DNA from: Clostridia bacterium
GTDB taxonomy: Bacteria > Bacillota > Clostridia > UMGS1840
DNA: 32,000 nt
Direction of reading: 5' to 3'
Assembly (NCBI GenBank): GCA_045656345.1
Contig: JAZOQZ010000002.1
Span: 16,260 to 48,259, forward strand
Under the pieces are notes generated by a model. That model was not told the DNA's origin and did not search any database. It worked only from the letters and a program-made list of their open reading frames with translations. Each line of letters starts with the position of its first letter. The stretch's first letter is position 1. A program made the position numbers and the translations under genes. Below are positions 8,134-15,190 of this stretch, in pieces.

Positions 8134-9948
8134 ATGAGAAAAATTGCATTGATACTTTTGTTGATATATCTGACCATTTTGGGAGTATCCGCACAACCGG
8201 TAACTGCTCCTGAGGGAGAAGCTCAGCCTGTAGCAACCGCTACTCCTACAGCAGAACCGGCTCCTGAGGTGACAACTGCTCCTGAGGTGACAACTGATCC
8301 TGTAGCGACAACTGCTCCTGTGGTAGCAGCTGATCCTATCCCCACGCCCACTCCTTCGCCTACTCCCTTTGTAATTCCGGAGAGTGGTACCACGGTTCAT
8401 GTGTTATTTACTTCTGATATTCATGGTCATTTTCAAAGAAATCCTGCCAATGGAACGTTAGGTTATTCCGGGATTGCTGCTATTCAGCGTTCGCTCCCCG
8501 ACAGTATTCTGGTAGATGGTGGGGATTATTTGACCTCCAATATGTTTACGACGGAAGAAACCATCACCGGTGTGCTTTCTCTGATGAATGCCGCTGGCTA
8601 TCGTGTGGCAGGGATTGGGGAAGCCGACCTGGAAAATGGTGAGGAAGTTTTGCAGAAAGCGCAAACAGAAGCCGGTTTTTATATGTTGTCTTCTAACGTT
8701 ACTTACGGAAAGGACAGGTCCCCCTTATTAGGTAACACCGAAATTTGCGAAGTAAATGGCATCAAGGTTGGCTTTTTCAGTATTTTGAATCCCGATTTGC
8801 GATTGGATGCAAGTTTGCAAAATTTAGAGAACGTATATCTGGAAGATGCTGCCCGAACTGCACAAAAATGCGTGAATCAGTTAAAAGCAGAAGGTGCAGA
8901 TGTGATTATTGCACTGAGCCATATCGGGAATGAAGGAAATACCAACGTGGATCAGGTTGCTGCGTTCGTAAACGGAATTGATTTTATTTTAGACGGTCAT
9001 GACCATCAAGAAGAAGGCGGCAGATGGATTGGGGAAACCCTCATCTTAAATCCCGGCGCAGACGGCAAACAGTTGATTCAGCTGACTTTAAATTATGATA
9101 GGTACAGAAAATTGACCGGTTTTTCCACAACTCAGTGGAGTTACGAGGGGGTTGCAAACCTGCCGATGGACGAAACTGTTGTGGCGTTGGAAAACGAAAT
9201 TGCCCAGAGACAGTCTGAATTTCTGGGGTCTGATGTTGCTGTAGCAGAGCATGCAATTCCATATTCCTTCTCTATGATGTATCAGTCGGAAGCATTAGGG
9301 AATTTTGTTGCAGACGCCTACCGCGCAAAAACACAGGCCACCGTTGCCATCGTAAATGCAGGTAGTATTGAATCCGGGATTCCTCAAGGGGAAATTAGCA
9401 AAGCAACCATTTTAGCGGTGCTTCCCAACCAGTATTCCGTGCAGGTGAAAAAAGTGACTCCAAAGATGTTGAAAACTGCTTTGGAAGGATGCTTGTATAA
9501 TATTAAGGTGCGAGAAGACGGCACCATTGATCCGGCCACTGCCACCGCAGAATTTCCGCAGGTTTCCGGATTTACCGCACAAGTTAACTTTAACAATGAA
9601 CCCGGAAAAAGGGTTATGGGAATTCAGTTGGACAACGGTATTGAATTGAATCTGACCGACACTTATACTCAAATTTCACTGGCATCTTCCAGTGGGGTGT
9701 TCTCCGGTGAATTCGGTTACGATATTTTCCTGGATCGGGAAGTAGAAGAGGATTACGGTTCAGAAGGACAAGCGCTTTTAGAACATTTAAGCCGTACTCA
9801 GAATCCGGAGGAGTATCAGGCTCCCCGTATCACAATAACCAATCAACAGGAAAGTTATACCGGGCTTATTATCAGTATTCTTTTGGTAATTGTTTTGGTA
9901 GTTATGGTGTTGATTGTCATTATAAAAATGATGACCAGGGACTCCTGA
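8134..9948 (+). CDS. cell-surface 5'-nucleotidase/metallophosphoesterase family protein (UshA/CpdB-like) with C-terminal membrane anchor
   Basis: Signal peptide and PT-rich repeat linker. Metallophosphatase motifs DIHGH, GGDY, SHIGNEG and GHDH are present, followed by a 5'-nucleotidase C-terminal-type region and a terminal TM helix (LIISILLVIVLVVMVLIVII). The GNHE motif position reads GIGEAD (see findings). Confidence 0.85.
   Translation: MRKIALILLLIYLTILGVSAQPVTAPEGEAQPVATATPTAEPAPEVTTAPEVTTDPVATTAPVVAADPIPTPTPSPTPFVIPESGTTVHVLFTSDIHGHFQRNPANGTLGYSGIAAIQRSLPDSILVDGGDYLTSNMFTTEETITGVLSLMNAAGYRVAGIGEADLENGEEVLQKAQTEAGFYMLSSNVTYGKDRSPLLGNTEICEVNGIKVGFFSILNPDLRLDASLQNLENVYLEDAARTAQKCVNQLKAEGADVIIALSHIGNEGNTNVDQVAAFVNGIDFILDGHDHQEEGGRWIGETLILNPGADGKQLIQLTLNYDRYRKLTGFSTTQWSYEGVANLPMDETVVALENEIAQRQSEFLGSDVAVAEHAIPYSFSMMYQSEALGNFVADAYRAKTQATVAIVNAGSIESGIPQGEISKATILAVLPNQYSVQVKKVTPKMLKTALEGCLYNIKVREDGTIDPATATAEFPQVSGFTAQVNFNNEPGKRVMGIQLDNGIELNLTDTYTQISLASSSGVFSGEFGYDIFLDREVEEDYGSEGQALLEHLSRTQNPEEYQAPRITITNQQESYTGLIISILLVIVLVVMVLIVIIKMMTRDS
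8260..8331 (+). repeat. 18-bp in-frame tandem repeat, 4 units (2 identical, 2 diverged), encoding APEVTT-type linker units
   Basis: GCTCCTGAGGTGACAACT appears twice, followed by GATCCTGTAGCGACAACT and GCTCCTGTGGTAGCAGCT. Confidence 0.9.
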
Positions 9949-9982
9949 TTTTCTGTTTTTGCTATAGAAATTTAGAAAGGGC

Positions 9983-10579
9983 TTGTTGGGTTTGAAGTTG
10001 TTTCTTAAAATTTTAAAAAGAATAGTTATCACATTGGTGATTCTATTTTTAGTTGGCTATATTGCGTATCAGATTGCATATCCCTACATTGCACCTATGG
10101 TTTTTGATTACCTGGTGGAAAGAAATGCCCAGATGTTTGTGCAATTGGAGGAATCGCTGGAAGCAACTTTGGAATCAGACAGCACAGAAGAATCACAACC
10201 TCCGTCTCCGGCGGTTGAAGAAGAGAATCCTGAAGATTCTTCCGAGGCTTCCGATGGAAGCGCAACGGAACATGCGCCGGTTGCCACAACACCACCCAAG
10301 AAACCCAATACCGAAATTCAAACGGTGCATACCACGATGGGGGATTTCACCGGAGCTCAATTGGTAAGGGCGCTTAAGAATATTTCTCCTGCGGATAAAA
10401 CCAGAATTATTTCCCTCTGTCAGCAAGCAGTTTCTATGTCAGATATTGCCACTGTCACTCAGATTTTAACCCAGGATGGATTGACTGTGGATCAGCAGAA
10501 ATATATTGAAAATTATTTAAGAAATAATCTGTCAGTTCCCTCTAAACGGGAAATCTTAGAAATACTACAAAAATATTAA
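9983..10579 (+). CDS. hypothetical N-terminally membrane-anchored protein with acidic linker
   Basis: ORF with one N-terminal TM segment. The start is uncertain: TTG at 9983, 9986 or 9992. TTG 9992 (MKLFLKILKR..) has the best spacing to GAAAGGG. No family recognised. Confidence 0.55.
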   Translation: MLGLKLFLKILKRIVITLVILFLVGYIAYQIAYPYIAPMVFDYLVERNAQMFVQLEESLEATLESDSTEESQPPSPAVEEENPEDSSEASDGSATEHAPVATTPPKKPNTEIQTVHTTMGDFTGAQLVRALKNISPADKTRIISLCQQAVSMSDIATVTQILTQDGLTVDQQKYIENYLRNNLSVPSKREILEILQKY

Positions 10580-10591
10580 GGAGAGATCCGG

Positions 10592-11314
10592 TTGGAAAAA
10601 AACAAGGAAATTACATCAAAAATCAATGAGAATTTCACGATTTTCCAACGGGAAGATTCATTTAAATTCGGCACGGATGCAGTGCTGCTGTCCCGCTTTG
10701 CCAGGATGGGAAAAAAAGATGTGCTTTTTGATATCTGCTCCGGAACTGGAGCAGTGGGATTTTTTTGTCACCTGAACTTTCACCCCAAAGAAATCCATTT
10801 TGTGGAAATCGATCCGACAATGACGGAATTATCCCGAAAAACTGCCGCCTATAACGGAATCTCAGAAAAATGTCGTTTTTATTGTAGCGATATTGCTGAT
10901 TTTCCGATACAAGACACAATGATGGCAGATGCCATCACGGTGAATCCGCCCTATTTCTTTGAAAATAGCGGAAGGGTAAACAAAAATGATAATCTGAAAA
11001 CTGCCCGTCATACAGAGCAGTTTTCCCATGACATTTTATTTGAAAAGGCCTACCGTCTTCTTCGGGATGGTGGCAAAATTTTTTTAATTCAGCGGGCACA
11101 GAATTTAGCGGAGATTCTTGCGAACTTAAAAGAACACCGCTTAGAGCCGAAACGCCTTCGTTTGGTATATGGAAATCCTAAGAAGGATGCCAACCTGTTT
11201 TTGGTGGAAGCCGTAAAAAACAGCGGTGTCTGGATGGATTGCCAACCACCCTTATTTCTCTATGACGAAAACGGTGAAATGACCGAAGAATTTCGTCGGA
11301 TGCAGGAGTTTTAA
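10592..11314 (+). CDS. SAM-dependent N6-adenine methyltransferase, tRNA1(Val) m6A37 methyltransferase (YfiC/YabB)-like
   Basis: TTG start after AAGGAGAG. SAM motif I DICSGTGAVG and catalytic NPPY (ITVNPPYF). It sits directly upstream of rsmI, as yabB does in Bacillus. Confidence 0.8.
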   Translation: MEKNKEITSKINENFTIFQREDSFKFGTDAVLLSRFARMGKKDVLFDICSGTGAVGFFCHLNFHPKEIHFVEIDPTMTELSRKTAAYNGISEKCRFYCSDIADFPIQDTMMADAITVNPPYFFENSGRVNKNDNLKTARHTEQFSHDILFEKAYRLLRDGGKIFLIQRAQNLAEILANLKEHRLEPKRLRLVYGNPKKDANLFLVEAVKNSGVWMDCQPPLFLYDENGEMTEEFRRMQEF

Positions 11315-11316
11315 CT

Positions 11317-12144
11317 ATGTTGGGAACTTTATATCTTGTTGCCACCCCTATCGGAAATATGGGAGATTTATCTCCCCGTGCCAAAGAAATTTTAGCATCA
11401 GCAGATTTGATTGCTGCAGAGGATACCCGTGTGACCGGTGCTTTGCTGAAAAAACTTGGCATTGAGAAAAAACTGGTCAGTTATTATGAGCATAACGCAG
11501 CCATGCGAAGCTCTCTGTTAATCCGTCATTTGGAAGACGGAGACACTGTGGCGCTGGTTTCTGATGCCGGAACCCCGGCTATTTCAGACCCGGGGGAAGC
11601 CATTGTGGAGGAGTGTATCCGCCGTGGAATTGATGTGTATCCCATTCCCGGTCCTTGTGCATTTGTCTGTGCATTGACGGTGTCTGGGTTTTCCACCGCG
11701 CAGTTTAGCTTTATCGGTTTCTTGCCATCCAAACCAAACGACCGTAAAAAGGAATTGGAAACCGTAAAGCATCGGGAAGAAACCCTGGTTTTTTATGAAG
11801 CACCCCATCGCCTTCTGAAAACACTGTCCGATATGAAAGCGGTATTCGGGGAAGAGCGCAGAGTGTGTGTTTCTCGTGAAATCACCAAAAAATTTGAAGA
11901 ACATATCCGTGGAACGTTGACGGAAGTTCTGAGTCATTTTGAAAGCAATCCTGTAAAAGGAGAATTCGTGATTGTGGCAGAAGGCGGCATCAAGGAGGAA
12001 AGCAGCCTCAATCAGTTGTCTTTGGAAGAACATCTGGAATTTTATCTGAAAAAAGGGATTTCTCAGAAAGATGCCATCAAACAGATCGCTCAGGACAGAA
12101 ACCTGCCCAAGCGGGAAGTGTATGCCCATTTTCATAAAGACTAA
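11317..12144 (+). CDS. rsmI: 16S rRNA (cytidine1402-2'-O)-methyltransferase
   Basis: N-terminus LYLVATPIGNMGDLSPRA..AEDTR and SDAGTPAISDPG, typical of RsmI. 275 aa. Confidence 0.93.
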   Translation: MLGTLYLVATPIGNMGDLSPRAKEILASADLIAAEDTRVTGALLKKLGIEKKLVSYYEHNAAMRSSLLIRHLEDGDTVALVSDAGTPAISDPGEAIVEECIRRGIDVYPIPGPCAFVCALTVSGFSTAQFSFIGFLPSKPNDRKKELETVKHREETLVFYEAPHRLLKTLSDMKAVFGEERRVCVSREITKKFEEHIRGTLTEVLSHFESNPVKGEFVIVAEGGIKEESSLNQLSLEEHLEFYLKKGISQKDAIKQIAQDRNLPKREVYAHFHKD

Positions 12145-12148
12145 AAAA

Positions 12149-12180
12149 AGCCAAGGAACGCACCGTTCCCTGGCTTTTTA
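12149..12180 (+). terminator. intrinsic terminator after rsmI
   Basis: AGCCAAGGAACG-CAC-CGTTCCCTGGCT hairpin followed by TTTTTA. Confidence 0.75.
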
Positions 12181-12202
12181 TGTGCTATCACACATTTTTG
12201 GC

Positions 12203-12235
12203 AACAAAAAAGCAGTTCCTTTTAGAACTGCTTTT
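12203..12235 (-). terminator. intrinsic terminator for rpsU
   Basis: Minus strand has an AAAGCAGTTC..GAACTGCTTT hairpin followed by a U-run. Confidence 0.65.
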
Positions 12236-12357
12236 GTAATTCACTATCCTGAAAATTTATGATAATATCAGCGTGCCGACCATCTGCGAGGAATGGTACA
12301 TAATGAGGAGCAAAACTCCTAAAAGGTTAGTGAAATTAAAAATGAAGAATGAAATTC

Positions 12358-12534
12358 TTATTTGAATTTTCTTTTTCTTGCTTCTTCGGATTTTTTCTTT
12401 CTTTTAACGCTGGGTTTTACATAATGTTCTCTTTTTCTGATTTCAGAAAGAACACCTGCTTTTGCACACTGTCTTTTAAATCTTTTTAACGCATTATCTA
12501 AAGACTCGTTATCTTTTAATCTGATTTCTGCCAT
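12358..12534 (-). CDS. rpsU: 30S ribosomal protein S21
   Basis: 58 aa: [66 protein letters not shown] upstream. The longer 130-aa ORF-track version is an upstream extension. Confidence 0.95.
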   Translation of the reverse strand: MAEIRLKDNESLDNALKRFKRQCAKAGVLSEIRKREHYVKPSVKRKKKSEEARKRKFK

Positions 12535-12606
12535 CGGTCTGTCCCTCCTCCCGTAAACGCGATCAGTCACGCCGGATAGATTTTGTATCATAAATTCACG
12601 TACACT

Positions 12607-12635
12607 ATTATAATATATAATTTTTATGATGTCAA
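12607..12635 (-). promoter_or_regulatory. consensus sigma-A promoter for rpsU
   Basis: Minus strand reads TTGACA, 17 nt, TATAAT. Confidence 0.7.
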
Positions 12636-12721
12636 CATTTTTTTTTAATTTTTTGCATTTTTTTTGATTTGCGCTAAAATATGTAAAATCTGATAAATTT
12701 TGCTGAAAAACCAAATATCTC

Positions 12722-12751
12722 TTGACAAAGTCCGTCCTGGGTTGATACAAT
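12722..12751 (+). promoter_or_regulatory. sigma-A-type promoter for the ATPase/radical SAM gene pair
   Basis: TTGACA, 18 nt, TACAAT, about 80 nt upstream of ATG 12834. Confidence 0.55.
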
Positions 12752-12833
12752 CAAAACAGCACATATCCACGCACCGAAGAGGAAAGAGCGCATAGAATAA
12801 TTCTGACCAATCTAACATCTGGGAGGATTTTTT

Positions 12834-13868
12834 ATGCAACCCTTACATCATTATTTTCCCGGTGGCAACACCCCGGAAGGATTTTTCAGTTATTATCGTG
12901 AAATATCAGATTCCCATAAGAATGGAAAACTGGCTGTTATCAAAGGCGGTCCCGGCACAGGGAAGTCCACCTTTTTAAAATCACTCGGCAAAACCCTTTT
13001 TGAGCAGGGCGAAACGGTTACTTATCTGCACTGTTCTTCCGACCCTGATTCTTTGGACGGCATTTTTCTGCCCGATTATAATTCTGCTGTTATTGACGGA
13101 ACATCACCCCATATCACAGATGCCGCATATCCGGGTGCCTATGACACGGTGCTGAACTTTTGTGACCTTATCGGCGATATTTCCGAAAAAGAAACCGTTC
13201 GCTGTGAGAGTCGGTTGGCAACAAACACCTTTGCGGAGGGTTACTGCTATCTGCGAAGTGCAAAAGCGCTGCTGGAGCTGATGCATCTGAGAAGCGAGAA
13301 GAGATTGCTGGAAGACGAGATTCGTTCCTTTAGCTTAGACATTGCCAGACGGATTGCGACCTTTCCTGCCAACGGTTTTCGGAAAAATGTGTTCCTGTCT
13401 GCCATCACCGGAAAAGGACTTGTAAACTTTCTGAAGGAAAACTTAAGCGATTACTATGTGATTTCAGTGGAAAGCGAGGTAGGTGATGCCACATACCGTC
13501 TGATGGAAATGGTGCAAAACGCTTGTAGCCTGCGGAATGCAGATATGATTCTTTGCCGTTGTCCGATGAATCCGGAAAAAACGGAGCATCTGATTTTCCC
13601 GTCAGCGAATCTGGCGCTGGTCACTTCTCACCTGTATCACTCCTACACTGATGCCGATGAAATTGTGTCTTTTTCCGATATGATTACCAAACGGACATCA
13701 AACCGTTCTCCCCGGCTGCTTTATGATGGTCTGTTGCAGTTGGCAATCAAGACGTTTGAAACAGCAGCCATTCATCATAACCGTCTGGAAGCTGTTTATC
13801 AGACTGTCACAGACTATTCTGCCATAGAACCGTTCAAACAAAAGGCTCTGGATTTTTTGATTTCATAA
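12834..13868 (+). CDS. P-loop NTPase of unknown function (resembles the PRK06851-type family of Firmicutes)
   Basis: N-terminus HYFPGGNTPEGFFSYY followed by Walker A IKGGPGTGKST. 344 aa. Family assignment is from memory of the motif only. Confidence 0.7.
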   Translation: MQPLHHYFPGGNTPEGFFSYYREISDSHKNGKLAVIKGGPGTGKSTFLKSLGKTLFEQGETVTYLHCSSDPDSLDGIFLPDYNSAVIDGTSPHITDAAYPGAYDTVLNFCDLIGDISEKETVRCESRLATNTFAEGYCYLRSAKALLELMHLRSEKRLLEDEIRSFSLDIARRIATFPANGFRKNVFLSAITGKGLVNFLKENLSDYYVISVESEVGDATYRLMEMVQNACSLRNADMILCRCPMNPEKTEHLIFPSANLALVTSHLYHSYTDADEIVSFSDMITKRTSNRSPRLLYDGLLQLAIKTFETAAIHHNRLEAVYQTVTDYSAIEPFKQKALDFLIS

Positions 13869-13881
13869 CAAGGAGAAATTT

Positions 13882-14769
13882 ATGCTGAAGTATTCCGAAT
13901 TTTTAAGAAACCTGTATGGAGAAAAAGTATATAAGATTCCTGTCAACACCGGAGGTACCTGTCCCAATCGGGACGGTACCAAAGGAGTAGGTGGGTGTAT
14001 TTTCTGTTCCGAAGTGGGAGCAGGTTTTGAATTGCAGGATGCTTCTGTGGATATTTCAGAGCAAATCACCACCAATATGGCATACATTCGCAAAAAATAC
14101 AACGCCCATCGCTTTCTCATTTATTTTCAGAATTTTACTGCCACTTATCTGCCGTTGGAAACATTCCGACAGTATCTTTTTCAGGCAATCAAAGCAGAAA
14201 ACATAGTTGGAGTGATAATCTCCACCAGACCGGACTGCCTGAACGGGGGACATCTGGACTTGCTTAGTGAGGTGAAAGCCAAAGGACTGGACGTGTTTAT
14301 TGAACTTGGTCTCCAGTCCGCCAATGACGATACCTTGCTTAAAATCAATCGGGGACATACCGTTTCCGATTATATCCGGGGTGCCGCTTTGGTGAAAGAA
14401 CGAGGATTCTATCTGGATACCCATCTGATTTTAAATCTTCCCTGGGATACCGACGAAGACATTCTGAATGCGGCAACGCTGATGAACGAAGTGGGAACCG
14501 ATTCGGTAAAACTGCATTCCCTGCATATTCCTTACGGAACTAAACTCTATGAGTTGTATCAGTCAGGGGAAATTGATGTGATTGCCAAAGAAGACTATTT
14601 TTACCGTCTATATGTGTTTTTAAAAGAATTAAATCCCAGAGTTGCGGTGCAGCGACTGTTTTCACGGGCTCCCAAAGAGGACACTGCCTTCTGCAATTGG
14701 CAGACAAGCTGGTGGAAACTGGAGGAAGAGTTTCATCGTTTTGCCGAACAAATGGAAAAAGAACATTAA
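13882..14769 (+). CDS. TIGR01212-family radical SAM protein (YtqA-like)
   Basis: N-terminal cluster GGTCPNRDGTKGVGGCIFCS and overall length of 295 aa. Confidence 0.85.
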   Translation: MLKYSEFLRNLYGEKVYKIPVNTGGTCPNRDGTKGVGGCIFCSEVGAGFELQDASVDISEQITTNMAYIRKKYNAHRFLIYFQNFTATYLPLETFRQYLFQAIKAENIVGVIISTRPDCLNGGHLDLLSEVKAKGLDVFIELGLQSANDDTLLKINRGHTVSDYIRGAALVKERGFYLDTHLILNLPWDTDEDILNAATLMNEVGTDSVKLHSLHIPYGTKLYELYQSGEIDVIAKEDYFYRLYVFLKELNPRVAVQRLFSRAPKEDTAFCNWQTSWWKLEEEFHRFAEQMEKEH

Positions 14770-14846
14770 AAATCCCTATTACATTATATATTATATATAA
14801 GGCACTTGTCTGATTTGGTAAAATTTCAAAAAAATTCAAAAACATC

Positions 14847-14875
14847 TTGACAAAATCAAAAAAACAGAGTATAAT
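14847..14875 (+). promoter_or_regulatory. distal consensus promoter upstream of the S-layer gene
   Basis: TTGACA, 17 nt, TATAAT, preceded by A-tracts that could be an UP element. About 315 nt upstream of the ATG. Confidence 0.65.
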
Positions 14876-15051
14876 CAATTGGTTGATATTTTGCCTATGT
14901 GTTTTTTGGGAACAAAATAGTTCTTTTTTCGTCAAAATAGTGACAAACGGTAAAAAAACACCTTTTTTTAACCAAATGTTTGCAGGTTTGTTACCAAAAT
15001 ATTACCGCAACGCATAAATTTTACAACTTTGTTACATATATTTTGATATTA

Positions 15052-15080
15052 TTGACAAACTGATTGTTATCTGTTAAAAT
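15052..15080 (+). promoter_or_regulatory. proximal promoter upstream of the S-layer gene
   Basis: TTGACA, 17 nt, TAAAAT, about 110 nt upstream of the ATG. The leader contains a GGGCT..AGCCC hairpin. Confidence 0.65.
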
Positions 15081-15190
15081 GACACCATAGGATACCCCTC
15101 GGATGGGATTATTCTATCAATCGGGCTTTTCGTGAGCCCCCAAAAATTCGTAAAAAAAAAATTATATATCATTTTTAGGAGGACATCCAA

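Noticed and set aside
8002-8400. A 132-aa minus-strand ORF rich in Arg/Ser/Cys repeats.
   Set aside because: It is the antisense shadow of the PT-rich 18-bp repeat region and the SLH gene end. It has low-complexity composition, no RBS, and overlaps two well-supported plus-strand genes.
11584-12135. A 183-aa minus-strand ORF inside rsmI, with similar long antisense ORFs at 21059-21466, 21947-22315, 25245-25679, 26536-27093, 5148-5486 and 6159-6491.
   Set aside because: All lie fully antisense to genes with clear family motifs. They lack RBSs and recognisable motifs, and they are typical shadow ORFs.
12535-12750. A 130-aa version of the rpsU ORF with a 72-aa N-terminal extension.
   Set aside because: The extension runs through the consensus rpsU promoter (12607-12635). 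The canonical 58-aa S21 starts at ATG 12534 behind a GGAGG RBS.
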